A program made the position numbers and the translations under genes. A model generated the notes under the pieces. That model made no database searches, had not been told where the DNA came from, and saw only the letters and a program-made list of their open reading frames with translations. This document shows positions 22,872 to 33,148 of a stretch of DNA of 64,000 bases, one piece after another. Location: the NCBI GenBank assembly GCA_963829055.1, contig CAWHHI010000016.1, positions 768,001 through 832,000 on the forward strand, given 5' to 3'. Source of the DNA: an uncultured Gemmatimonadaceae bacterium (lineage in GTDB: Bacteria > Gemmatimonadota > Gemmatimonadetes > Gemmatimonadales > Gemmatimonadaceae). Position 1 is the first letter of the stretch, and every line of letters starts with the position of its first letter.

Positions 22872-24205
22872 ACGGCCATCGGCAACGGCGCGCGCTCGCG
22901 ACTGTGACATACCGCACCGGTAAAGGTCGAGCCCGTGGTGCCAGTGAGCTCGACGGTGAAGTAACGACCGATCATCGAGTCGTCGCCCGGCATGAGCACG
23001 GTCTTGAAGTCGCGCGTTCGGGCCTGCAGGAGATCACCCCGCCGCGCACCCTTCTCGACCAGCACTTCGCGTTTCGCGCCAAGGAGCGTCATGTTGCGCT
23101 CCCGGGCACCGCGCCGGACTGTATCGATGAGACGCGCGAGACGCTCTGTCGCCACCGCATCGGGGACGGTCATTTCGACCGGCATGCGTGTGGCGGGGGT
23201 TCCGTCCCGGGGGGAGAACTTGAAGGTGTAGGCATCGTCGAAGCCAACGGCGCGCACCACCTCGAGCGTGTCCTCGAAGTCGGCGTCCGTTTCCCCCGGG
23301 AATCCAACGATCACATCGGTGGTCAGCGCCAGACCCGGAATGGCGGCGCGCAGCCTCTCGACACACTCCAGATACCCCTCGCGCGTGTACCGCCGGAGCA
23401 TCCGTTTGAGCACGGAGTTGGAGCCGGACTGCATAGGCAGGTGCACATGCTCGCACACTGCATTCACGTCGGCCATCGCCTCGATGACGGCAGGCGAGAA
23501 ATCGTTAGGGTGCGGGCTCGTGAAGCGAACGCGCCGAATCCCCGACACCGCGCCGACCGCCCGGAGCAGATCGGCGAAGCCGTTCTCTCCGTCATGGTAG
23601 GAGTTCACGGTCTGGCCGAGCAAGACGACCTCGGTCATCCCGTCGACGACGACCTGCTCCACCTCGCGCACGACGTCCGCCAGTCGCCGGCTGCGCTCGG
23701 ACCCGCGCGTCGTCGGAACGATGCAGTACGTGCAGCGATAGTCGCATCCGCGCTGCACGGGGATCCAGGCTTTGACCTTGTCGAAGCGGCGCGGCGTGAA
23801 GTCCTCGTAGTGTTCCTCGAGGTCGAACGTCGTCGAGATGGCGCGCTCACCGCGGCGGGCGCCGTCGACGAGCGCGGGCAGGGCGCGGTAGCCGTCCGGT
23901 CCCACCACGAGGCTCACGTGCTTCGCCTTGGCGAGGAGCTGCGGGCCGAGGCGCTGCGCCATGCAGCCGGTGACGCCCATGATGGAATCGGGCTTCATGT
24001 TTCGCTTGAGCTCACCGAGCCGCCCGATCACGCGCTGCTCAGCGTGATCGCGAATGGCGCACGTGTTGAGCAGGATCACGTCCGCGCCGTCCGGCGATTC
24101 CACGGACTCGTAGCCGTTGGCGGTGAGCCGTCCGAGCATCAGCTCGGAATCGCTCACGTTCATCTGGCAGCCGTAGGTCTCGATGTAGACGGTTGGACGG
24201 GACAT
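22868..24205 (-). CDS. miaB: tRNA ms2i6A37 methylthiotransferase MiaB
   Basis: ETYGCQMNVSDSE, NTCAIR, GCDYRCTYC, LLGQTVNSY, RVRFTSPHP, C-terminal TRAM domain. Confidence 0.95.
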   Translation of the reverse strand: MSRPTVYIETYGCQMNVSDSELMLGRLTANGYESVESPDGADVILLNTCAIRDHAEQRVIGRLGELKRNMKPDSIMGVTGCMAQRLGPQLLAKAKHVSLVVGPDGYRALPALVDGARRGERAISTTFDLEEHYEDFTPRRFDKVKAWIPVQRGCDYRCTYCIVPTTRGSERSRRLADVVREVEQVVVDGMTEVVLLGQTVNSYHDGENGFADLLRAVGAVSGIRRVRFTSPHPNDFSPAVIEAMADVNAVCEHVHLPMQSGSNSVLKRMLRRYTREGYLECVERLRAAIPGLALTTDVIVGFPGETDADFEDTLEVVRAVGFDDAYTFKFSPRDGTPATRMPVEMTVPDAVATERLARLIDTVRRGARERNMTLLGAKREVLVEKGARRGDLLQARTRDFKTVLMPGDDSMIGRYFTVELTGTTGSTFTGAVCHSRERAPLPMAV

Positions 24206-24304
24206 CGCGTACACGTGGTGAGCTGAGGCGTGCGAGGACCCGGTACGGCAGGGTCTTACGGGCAAGCCAAGAATACTAATCGCGGGAGCCTCGGGGCGAA
24301 CGTT

Positions 24305-24450
24305 TGTCATCCCGAGCGCCAGCGAGGGATCTTCCCGAGAGGTCATGCGTCCGAGCCTGGCCACGAGCGAGGTTCAGATGATCCATCACAGACGCTCGAG
24401 ATCCTGCCGCTGCCGCTCGGGATGACAGCTGCGGCGTCGCTCGGGATGAC
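24305..24450. repeat. REP-like units (GTCATCCCGAGCG family) overlapping the mtaB 3' end
   Basis: TGTCATCCCGAGCG...GAGGGATCT at 24305-24332; inverted CGCTCGGGATGAC units ending at 24426 and 24450. Confidence 0.8.
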
Positions 24451-25656
24451 GCAGGCGCGGAGCGCCTCCGCGCCGCCTTCCAGTCGTGCCCGGAACCGCG
24501 CACCACGCGGAATGGTCGGATCCACGGCGACCGTCAGATAGTCCTCCGTCAGCCCCTCGCGCTGCGCCCCGCTCCCGATCGCGACCACGTCGCACTCCTG
24601 CCCTGCCCTCTCGGCGCGATGCCGCTCCACACACGCGTCGCCGATTGCGCGTAGTTCTCTGGCACGTCGATCAGCCACCACCCCATCCACGCGCGATGGC
24701 AGACGTTCCGCGGACGTTCCCGGACGAAGCGAGAACGGAAACACGTGCAGGTACGTGAACGGCAGAGACTCGATCAGCGCGACAGTCGCTGCGTGATCGG
24801 CATCCGTCTCGCCTGGAAAGCCCACGATCACGTCCGCGCCGAGCGCGAATGGTGCATAACGCGAGACCATCCGTTCCACCGCACCGGCGTAGGTCGCCGC
24901 CGTGTACCAGTGGCGACCCATGCGCTTGAGGAGCACGTCCGACCCCGACTGCAGCGGCGCATGCAGGTGAGGCACGAGTCGCGTGCGGTCGGCGAACAGA
25001 TCGAAGAGCCGATCATCGACCTCCGTCGCCTCGAGTGAGCTCAGACGGAAGCGCACCCGCGGCACGGCGAGCACGAGTCGCTCGACGAGCGCCGAGAGAG
25101 ACTCGCCAGTGTCGACGCCGAAGTGGCCAATGTGGATGCCGGTCAGCACGATCTCCGGATGCCGATCGGCGAGGCGCGACGCTTCGTCCACCAGCGCGTC
25201 GACGTCACGCGACCGCGCGGCGCCGCGCGCGAGCGTCGTGGCGCAGAACGTACAATGCTCGTCGCAACCGTCCTGGATGCGCAGGAGCGCGCGCGTGCCC
25301 GTCTGCACGTTAGGCGCACGCTCCGGAGCCCGGAACCCAAGCGCCGCCGCAACGGCGACGACGTCCGCACCAGGAACGACGCGATCGACGGACGGTAGCG
25401 ATGCAATCGCCCCGTCATCGCGAGCAGCCGCGCAGCCCATGACGACCGTCTGTAGATCCGGGCGCACGCGGGCCGCGCGGCGAACGCTCTGCCGCAGGTC
25501 TGCCTCCGCGGCGGCAGTAACGGCGCAGCTGTTGAACACGGCAGCGTCGGCGAGATCCGGTGTCGCGACGATCTCGCCGCCGGACGCCTCGATCATCGCC
25601 CGCACCGCCTCCGTATCGTACTGATTCGCTCGGCACCCGAACGTTCGGAGGTACAC
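24343..25656 (-). CDS. mtaB: MtaB-like tRNA methylthiotransferase (radical SAM)
   Basis: TFGCRANQYD, NSCAVT, IQDGCDEHCTFC, EIVLTGIHIG, RLSSLE, LHVFPFS. Confidence 0.88.
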   Translation of the reverse strand: MYLRTFGCRANQYDTEAVRAMIEASGGEIVATPDLADAAVFNSCAVTAAAEADLRQSVRRAARVRPDLQTVVMGCAAARDDGAIASLPSVDRVVPGADVVAVAAALGFRAPERAPNVQTGTRALLRIQDGCDEHCTFCATTLARGAARSRDVDALVDEASRLADRHPEIVLTGIHIGHFGVDTGESLSALVERLVLAVPRVRFRLSSLEATEVDDRLFDLFADRTRLVPHLHAPLQSGSDVLLKRMGRHWYTAATYAGAVERMVSRYAPFALGADVIVGFPGETDADHAATVALIESLPFTYLHVFPFSLRPGTSAERLPSRVDGVVADRRARELRAIGDACVERHRAERAGQECDVVAIGSGAQREGLTEDYLTVAVDPTIPRGARFRARLEGGAEALRACVIPSDAAAVIPSGSGRISSVCDGSSEPRSWPGSDA

Positions 25657-25719
25657 CCTTCGTCGCGAGCGCTGCTCAGGGCAGGCGCTGGCCGCGTGCG
25701 GCTCGTCAGGCGGGCGCGG

Positions 25720-26919
25720 TCACGACGCAACGCCCGCTCCCGCGCTGGCCCGTGCCACTGGCGCGGAGGGCGGCCGAACCGGGAGGAGGATGTGGAACGC
25801 GCTGCCCGCGCCTTCGGTGCTCTGCACCCAGATGCGTCCGCCGTGCGCTTCGACCACGAGGCGGCAGAACGCGAGGCCGAGCCCGGAGCTGCGAACGCGC
25901 GGGACGTTAGGCGTCTTCACACTCTCGAACTTGTGGAAGATGACCTCGTGATACTGCGGCGGGATTCCCGGTCCATTGTCCGCGACGGTGAACAGCACGC
26001 CGCGCGGATCGATGCGCGCGAACATCCGCAACTCGACGGCGGTCGACGAGTGCACGAGCGAGTTCTGAATCAGATTGCCGAACACACGCTTGAGGAGCGC
26101 GCGATCCGCCATGAACGTCGGAGCGTCGGCCGTAACTTCGATCTTGGTGACGGCGCGCTCCTGCTGCAGGCGAAGCGCCCAATCCTGCATGATCTCGGTC
26201 ACGAGTGTGGCGGGCGCCAACGGCTCGAGATCGAGCGCGATCGATGTCTCCTCGATGCGCGCGACCTCGAGCAGATCCTCGATGAGGTGCAGCAGTTCCT
26301 GCGCCTTGTTCTCCGTATCGCGAAGCGCGCCGTGCTGCGACACGCCGACGGGACCGAGATCGCCGTCGGCCAGCATCTCGAGCGTGGCGATGATGGACGT
26401 GAGCGGCGTCTTGAGGTCGTGGACGATCATCTTCATGAGATCGTCGCGCACCTTCTCCAACTCGCGCAGCTTGCGGTAGCTGTCCTCGAGCGCGTCGGTC
26501 GCCGCCTTGAGCTTGAGCAGGCTCCGCACGCGCGCGCCGAGCACCATGCGGTTGTGCGGCTTCGTGAGGAAGTCGTCGCCGCCGGCCTCGATCGCCTTCA
26601 CGCGATCCGTCGTGTCGTTGAGGGCGGTGACAAAGATGACGGGGATACGCGCCGACCGGGCATCACGCTTGATTCGGCGGCAGACCTCGAACCCCGTCGC
26701 TCGATCATCGACGCCCAGATCACCGGCAGGCATGGACACGTCGAGAATCGCGAGCTCCGGGCGATGCTCGAAACAGGCAGCGAGGGCGGACGGACCGTCC
26801 TGCGCCGTCACGGTCCGGTACCCGAGCGTGTGCAGCTGATCGATCAACAACTCGACGTTCGCCGGAACGTCGTCGGCTATGAGAATGAGCGGCGCGTCGG
26901 GGCGGACTGGCTGCGTCAT
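25720..26919 (-). CDS. Hybrid response-regulator receiver / sensor histidine kinase (cytoplasmic)
   Basis: LIADD...LDVSMP...DDFLTKP receiver; VHDLKTPL H-box; NLIQN, DNGPGI, GLGLAFC. Confidence 0.93.
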   Translation of the reverse strand: MTQPVRPDAPLILIADDVPANVELLIDQLHTLGYRTVTAQDGPSALAACFEHRPELAILDVSMPAGDLGVDDRATGFEVCRRIKRDARSARIPVIFVTALNDTTDRVKAIEAGGDDFLTKPHNRMVLGARVRSLLKLKAATDALEDSYRKLRELEKVRDDLMKMIVHDLKTPLTSIIATLEMLADGDLGPVGVSQHGALRDTENKAQELLHLIEDLLEVARIEETSIALDLEPLAPATLVTEIMQDWALRLQQERAVTKIEVTADAPTFMADRALLKRVFGNLIQNSLVHSSTAVELRMFARIDPRGVLFTVADNGPGIPPQYHEVIFHKFESVKTPNVPRVRSSGLGLAFCRLVVEAHGGRIWVQSTEGAGSAFHILLPVRPPSAPVARASAGAGVAS

Positions 26920-26923
26920 GGGC

Positions 26924-28069
26924 TCAGGGCCGGACGATCAACCCCAGACCGAACGTCCACGAACGTTCCTTGGCGTCAATGCTCCCCGCGGTGCGATACG
27001 CCCGTTCGACGTAGAGGTCGATCGATGCGCGCCCGCGTGCGAGTGGCGCGCCGGTGCCGAACGTGAACGCGGCCTCCTCCACGCTCTGCGTGCCAGCGAG
27101 AAACGGCAACTCGCGATAACGCGCGCCCGCGCGGAGCGCGAGCTGCGCCCCAATGAGGTTAGGTCCGACCGCGTCGACCCCAAGACCGAAATCCCACGTG
27201 TCCTGAGGGGTCGCACGCTCGGAGCCCAGCCCTGCCATGCGCGACCAGATCGTGCGATCGCTGCGGAATGCGACCACGATACCAGAATTCTCGTACCGGA
27301 CGCCGGCACCCAGGCGCGACGGAGCATCCGCAGTGGTCCGTACAGTATCGGACTCTCGCAGCTTGAGCGTGCCGCCATAGCGCCCAGAGGCACCGAGGGT
27401 GATGGTTTTGACCGGCCGCCACATTATTCCCGCCGACACGCCAGCTCCCGAATAGTTGACGTTGATCGAGTCACGGAACGGCGCGAAGCTGAGCGAATCG
27501 TCGTATTCGCGTGACAGTGACAGCCGGTTCTCGCCCGGGAACACGTGAATCCCCAGGCCGAAAATGATGTTCTCGCGGAACGCCCACGCGCCCCCGACGC
27601 GCACATCGTTGATCGCTCCCTCGGAGCGGAACCGCTCCGTGAAGGCCACGGAATCGCCGTCGAACACCTGCTTGGCGCGCGTTTCTGTTCCCCATGTGCG
27701 ATCGAGCATCGTGGAGAACGATATGCTGAGAACGCCCCGCTCCGTGATGGGCACGGCGGCGGAAAAAAGAGGGAATCGATTGGACCGTGTCGAGCCAGAG
27801 CTACCTTCCGTTTCGATCGAGCGACTCTCCTGCTCGCTCTGCAGATACATGCCGCCGCGACGCAACGTGATGAGCGCGGCCGGGTTGATCGGCGAGAGCG
27901 GATCTGTCTCCCCGGTCGCCCCACCAAGGGAACGCGAATACGCGCTCAACTGGCCCGGCGGATACCCGAACCCTTGCGCGCCAAGCGTCGCCTGCGCGGC
28001 CGCGCGCGATGCGACGAGGGCCAACGCACAACCGATGGCGTAGCGAGTCACTGCGGTCTGACGCATCAC
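26924..28069 (-). CDS. Putative outer-membrane beta-barrel protein (FadL/PorV-like)
   Basis: Signal peptide AAAQA; SRSLGG...INPAAL N-terminal hatch-like motif; alternating beta-strand pattern ending WTFGLGLIVRP. Confidence 0.65.
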   Translation of the reverse strand: MMRQTAVTRYAIGCALALVASRAAAQATLGAQGFGYPPGQLSAYSRSLGGATGETDPLSPINPAALITLRRGGMYLQSEQESRSIETEGSSGSTRSNRFPLFSAAVPITERGVLSISFSTMLDRTWGTETRAKQVFDGDSVAFTERFRSEGAINDVRVGGAWAFRENIIFGLGIHVFPGENRLSLSREYDDSLSFAPFRDSINVNYSGAGVSAGIMWRPVKTITLGASGRYGGTLKLRESDTVRTTADAPSRLGAGVRYENSGIVVAFRSDRTIWSRMAGLGSERATPQDTWDFGLGVDAVGPNLIGAQLALRAGARYRELPFLAGTQSVEEAAFTFGTGAPLARGRASIDLYVERAYRTAGSIDAKERSWTFGLGLIVRP

Positions 28070-29335
28070 GGAATTCCGAGCTCAACCTTGTTCACGTACG
28101 TGATTCGGAGCCGCGGCCGCTGCGCTGGCGCAGCCTTGCTCGAATAGAACAGCACCACGGGCGCCGACGCACCTTCGGTCGCCGCACGCAACACGATGGC
28201 GCGCTGTAGCGACGACGCGCCGATCGCTTTCCACTCGCGCAACGCACCGACGATCTCGATGGCGCGCTGCCCGCTCTCGTTAGGCCGGAACCGCAAGCGA
28301 GTCGATCTCGAGCGCCGGTGGATTCAGAATGCCGGCCGACTTGACGACATCGGCGAGCGAAACCGCCGCGCGCACCACCTGCGGATAGATCGTCAACGAA
28401 TCGGCTGCGTCCACTGAATTCGTAGGCACCTGCGTCAACAACAACGTCGCCCGCACCACCGTGGCCGAGGAGTCGACGAGGCGAGAGGGGACGTCGAACC
28501 GCAGATAGGTTCGCTGCGACGGCAAGCCTCCGACACCAAGCAAGTTGCCGGCAACGGTCGAGGGACTGAAGGCGACGAGCTGATAGTCGGTGAGATCGCT
28601 CCGCAACGTTGGGTTGTCCGTGGGCGTCGACGACGACGGACTGTTGATGATGGCTTTTACCGTCGTGTCGGGTGATGCGTCGTAGCTCAGTGTCGGCGCG
28701 CCACCGCCATCGCGGGAGACGATCCGGATCTGCGCTGATGCCGCGCTCTGCACGCGGAACCCAAGCCGGAGCCGCCGAGGCGCCGTCCCGGTGAGCTTGC
28801 CCAGCACCTTGTCGTTGAAGAGCGGGACGCGCAGCGTGTCCTTCAACTCGGTAACGGCGTACGTCCTGCCGCCAATCAACCGATCGGGACGGAACAGCGA
28901 GAGCGCCACAGAGGTCGCTGTATCGGCGGCCGTCGTGTCGACGTCGTACACCTGGAGGCTCACGGGCGCGGTGGCCTTGGTGCCGGTGGTGTCCAGCCTC
29001 AGCGTCACCATCGAGCTGTCGACCGTGTAGATCGCGCTGTCAGCCCCACCGCGCGTGAATCGCTGCGTGAGCGTATCGAACCGCATCACCGCTCGCGTGT
29101 CGAGCGTGTCGCCACGAGACGCAACGAGGAGGAACGTCTCCGTACCGATCACGGGATAGCCGAGCACCGTGGTGTCGACCGCCATGAACGTCTCGAGCAC
29201 CGTGTCGCGCGAAACGATGTTCTGCTCGGGGCAAAGCGACGGGCACCCCGCCGTACTGTTCAGATCTTCCGAACACGCGGCGACGGTTCCCGCCACGCCG
29301 GCAACCAACACCATCAACCAGAACCGATTACGCAA
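28066..29335 (-). CDS. Hypothetical lipoprotein (frameshift near 28297)
   Basis: TTG at 29335: MRNRFWLMVLVAGVAGTVAAC lipobox; beta-rich body; C-terminus in ORF 28066..28296 (FYSSKAAPAQRPRLRITY). Confidence 0.7.
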
Positions 29336-29615
29336 GACGTACACTCCGTCCTTCAATGTCGAAACTGTCAACGATTGCCATGATGACGGCGTCGACCGGC
29401 CGGTCCTTCGTGGCCGCGGTCAGTCGTGCCGAGCTTCCGGTGGCATAGAGGATCACTTCACCTAGTCCTGAACCAACACTATCCACAGCGACTACGTACC
29501 CACCCTCACGACCCAGATCGGTGGTCAGGTTCTCCACGATCAACAGCTTGAGCGAGTCGAGCGACGGATCCTTCCGCGTCGAGACGACGGTCCCCACAAT
29601 GCGTCCGAGCTTCAT
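29328..29615 (-). CDS. EutN/CcmL family bacterial microcompartment vertex (BMC-P) protein
   Basis: MKLGRIVGTVVSTRKDPSL...VAVDSVGSGLGEVILYATGSSAR...PVDAVIMAIVD, the full BMC-P pattern. Confidence 0.93.
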   Translation of the reverse strand: MKLGRIVGTVVSTRKDPSLDSLKLLIVENLTTDLGREGGYVVAVDSVGSGLGEVILYATGSSARLTAATKDRPVDAVIMAIVDSFDIEGRSVRLA

Positions 29616-30040
29616 TGGTGATGCGTCAGCGCGGCGGGTGTGAACGGCTGCGGAAGCAACGTCGCGAGCGTCCACTCCGCCTCGCCGCCGTGCTGCGTGC
29701 AACTCACGATCGACAACGCGGGGGCGAATTCGACCAGCGCCTGACGACACATTCCGCATGGCGGCGTCGGCTCGTCCGCCTCGCTCGCGATCACGAGCAT
29801 GGCGAACTGCGTCACGCCACCCGCGACCGCGGCGGCCAGGGCCGAACGCTCGGCGCAAATCCCCGCGGGGTAGGCCGAGTTTTCGACGTTGCACCCTGTG
29901 AACATGCGGCCGTCCACGCCGACGAGCGCCGCGCCAACACGGAACTGCGAATAGGGCGCGTAGGCGCGCTGCATCACGCTGAGCGCTGCCGCCCGTGCCG
30001 TATCGATCGAAGGCGCGCCCGCCCCAGCGGGGCGCGTCAT
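29612..30040 (-). CDS. cdd: Cytidine deaminase
   Basis: AYAPYSQFRVGAAL, GCNVEN, CAERSA, PCGMCRQ. Confidence 0.96.
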   Translation of the reverse strand: MTRPAGAGAPSIDTARAAALSVMQRAYAPYSQFRVGAALVGVDGRMFTGCNVENSAYPAGICAERSALAAAVAGGVTQFAMLVIASEADEPTPPCGMCRQALVEFAPALSIVSCTQHGGEAEWTLATLLPQPFTPAALTHHQ

Positions 30041-31220
30041 TGCGCTACGATTTCCGAGAGGAACGACTGACCGCGCCCGCGAAACCCAATGCCGAACCAG
30101 TCAGCGACCGTCGCGCCGAGATCGGAGAATGTGGACCGAGTGCCCAGATCGACGGCGCGTACGCGCGGCCCCGCTACGAGCAGTGGAACGCACTCACGCG
30201 CGTGATCCGTTGAAGGCGTCGTGGGGTCGTTGCCGTGGTCGGCCGTGATGAAGAGCAGATCGTCCTCGCGCAGCGTGGAAAGGATGGTTGGCAGAGCCCG
30301 GTCGAACTCGCGCAGCGCTCCATAGAACCCCACAGCGTCGTTTCGGTGCCCGAAGAGCTGGTCGAAATCTACTAGGTTGACGAAGAGGAGCCCACTGGCT
30401 GGCGAGCGCAGCCACTCCAGCACCTTGGCGATGCCTTCTCCGTTGGTCGGAGTGTGCGTGGACGTGATGCCTCGGCGCGCGAAAAGGTCGTCGACCTTCC
30501 CGACGCCCGACCGGGCCACTCCAGCCTGTGCCAGAGCGTCGAGGAGAGTTTCCCCTGGCGGCTCGATGGACACGTCGCGCCGATGCGCGGAGACGCGATT
30601 GAACCGCCCGGGCTCCCCCTCGAACGGCCGCGCGATGACGCGGGACACGTTGTGCGGCTCAACCAGCAGCATCCGCGCAGCATCACACGCCGCATAGAGC
30701 TCGGCCAGGGGAACCACCTGCTCGTGGGCCGCGACCTGGAAGACCGAGTCGGCCGACGTGTACACGATCCACGCGCCGGTGCGCATGTGCTCAGCGCCGA
30801 AGTCGTCGATGACAGCGGTCCCACTCGCGACGACGTTGCCGATCACCGGCCGACCGGTCGCCCGCGCGAACGCGTCGATGACGTCGGTCGGAAAGCCGTT
30901 CGGGTAGGTCGGAAATGGCTGCGGGAGGTGAAGCCCTGCGATCTCCCAGTGTCCTGTCGTGCTGTCCTTGCCCGCTGAACGCGGCTGCATGATGCCCCAC
31001 GCACCATCAACAGGTCGTGACGCGCTCACGCCATCGATCGCACTGATGCGTCCGAGTCCCAGAGCCTCGAGTGCGGGCAGGTCGAAGCCGCCCACGGCGC
31101 GCGCGGTGTTCGCGAGCGTGTCGCTGCCGACGTCACCGTACGCGGCGGCGTCCGGCGCGGCGCCGGCTCCCACGCCATCCAGTACGATGATCGCCGCGCG
31201 ACGAGCGGACAGGCGCTCAC
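30037..31220 (-). CDS. deoB: Phosphopentomutase (5' junction with alr disturbed)
   Basis: RRAAIIVLDGVG, GKDSTTGHWE, YTSADSVFQ, RVIARPF, NLVDFD, GHRND, TADHGNDPT. Confidence 0.95.
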
Positions 31221-32306
31221 GTCATCCACGTACACGCGCGGCACGCGCAGCTTGAGCCCGACGAGCAGCTCGTAGCTCAGGAGGTCGGCGGTTCGCGCGA
31301 CGTCTTCGACCGTGAGCAGCGCGTCGCCATCGCGACCGATGAGCGTTGCGACGTCACCAACCTCGCAGGCAATGTCGGTCACGTCGATCATCACCATGTC
31401 CATCGTGACGATCCCGGCGACGGGTGCGCGCTGTCCACGAATCAACACCACCCCGCGGTTGCTCGACGCGCGGCGATACCCGTCGGCGTAGCCGATACCC
31501 AGCGTCGCCACCCGCCGTGTTCCGCGAGCGCGCCAGGTTGCGCCGTAGCTCACCGACTCGCCGTCGTCGACCGTCCGCATATCCACGATTCGCGCCCGCA
31601 GATGAGCCACCGGTTCTGGCGTCACCAGCGCGCCTTCACCGCTACCCACGCCGTACAGGAACACACCCGGCCGAACGAGGTCCCAGTGAGACTGTGAGCC
31701 GCGCTCGAGCGCCGGACTGTTCTCGGCGTGCACGTACTGTGGTCGCGCGGGCAACACATCGAGCGCAGTCTGGAAACGCCGAAGCTGCTCTGCCACGGAG
31801 CCGTCGTCGAGATCCGCGGAGTGAAAATGGGTGTACACGCCCTCGGGCGGTGCCGAGCGTAGCGCTTCGCGCAGATCTCCGACGCACTGCCATGGCCCGC
31901 CGGCGCGATTCATACCGGTGTCGATGGACAGATGCCACGGGAGAACGCCGTGCGACGCCCATCGAGCGATCGCCGCGGCGTCGCCCAGCGATGGTCGCAA
32001 GGTCGCTTCGCGCATGGCGGGGTACTCGTCAGGCAGCACCGGCGACAGCACGAGGATCGGACGCGTGATTCCGGCGGCGCGGAGCTCCACGCCCTCGGCG
32101 ACCGTGGCCACGCCGAATCCCCACGGCGTGAGTGACTCGAGGGCTCGCGCCACGGGCACTGCCCCGAGCCCGTACCCGTCGGCTTTGATGACGGCGAGAA
32201 GCGGCACACCGGCGCGCCTGGCGAGCGCGGCTCCATTTCGTCGCAGCGCGCCGAGGTCGACTTCGACCCAGGCGCGCGGAGGGGTAAGCATCGGTTGACG
32301 TGACAT
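31217..32306 (-). CDS. alr: Alanine racemase (stop position uncertain)
   Basis: AWVEVDL, AVIKADGYGLG (PLP lysine), DTGMNR, VRPG, GYADG, MDM, YELL. Confidence 0.95.
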
Positions 32307-32342
32307 TCGAAGAGCGGGTATGATACCCAGCCCGGGGAGGCT

Positions 32343-33131
32343 ATGCAAGACAAATCAACGCTTGAAGATACGCTCGCGCTGATGCGCGATTTGCGCGCCC
32401 GCTGCGAGTGGGACGCGAACCAGACCCACGATTCGCTGCGGCCGTACCTGATCGAGGAGGCACACGAGCTCGATGAGGCGATCCGCGACCGCGACGACCG
32501 TCAGATGCGCGAGGAGCTTGGCGACGTGCTGCTGCAGGTGCTCTTCCACTCCGTGGTGGCGGAGGAGCGCGGCGCGTTCGACATCGGCGATGTGGCGGCT
32601 GGGTTGATCTCGAAGATGCGACGCCGTCATCCACACCTCTACGAGGGAGGTGAGCGGCAGCCGTGGGAGCAGATGAAGGCGAAGCGCCGAACGTCGATCG
32701 CGGAGGGGCTTCCGGCGAACCTCCCGTCGCTGCACCGCGCTCATCGCCTGCAGGATAGAGCGGCGGGTGTGGGCTTCGATTGGCCGGACGTGGATGGTCC
32801 GGCGGCGAAGGTCGATGAAGAGATGGCGGAGGTGCGCGCGCAGCTACGCGATCACCCGATCGAGCGCACCCCTCAGGGTGCACCGATCCACGACGAGCGT
32901 CACGCGGCGCTGGAGGGCGAGCTCGGCGACCTCCTGTTCGCGGTCGTGAACCTGTGCCGAAAGGCGGGCGTCCACGCGTCGCTCGCCCTCGATCGCGCGA
33001 ACGAGAAGTTCATTCGCCGCTTCGGAGAAGTAGAGAGGATCGCCGCGGATCGAGGCCTGGTGGTCGGCGAGGCGAGCCTCGAGCAACTCGACGCGATCTG
33101 GGACGAGGTGAAGAAAGTGGAGGTTCGTTAG
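32343..33131 (+). CDS. mazG: Nucleoside triphosphate pyrophosphohydrolase MazG
   Basis: CEWDANQTHDSL, EEAHE, EELGDVLLQV, GFDW, ELGDLLFAVVN; GGAGG RBS. Confidence 0.95.
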   Translation: MQDKSTLEDTLALMRDLRARCEWDANQTHDSLRPYLIEEAHELDEAIRDRDDRQMREELGDVLLQVLFHSVVAEERGAFDIGDVAAGLISKMRRRHPHLYEGGERQPWEQMKAKRRTSIAEGLPANLPSLHRAHRLQDRAAGVGFDWPDVDGPAAKVDEEMAEVRAQLRDHPIERTPQGAPIHDERHAALEGELGDLLFAVVNLCRKAGVHASLALDRANEKFIRRFGEVERIAADRGLVVGEASLEQLDAIWDEVKKVEVR

Positions 33132-33148
33132 GAGACGTACGATTGCGT

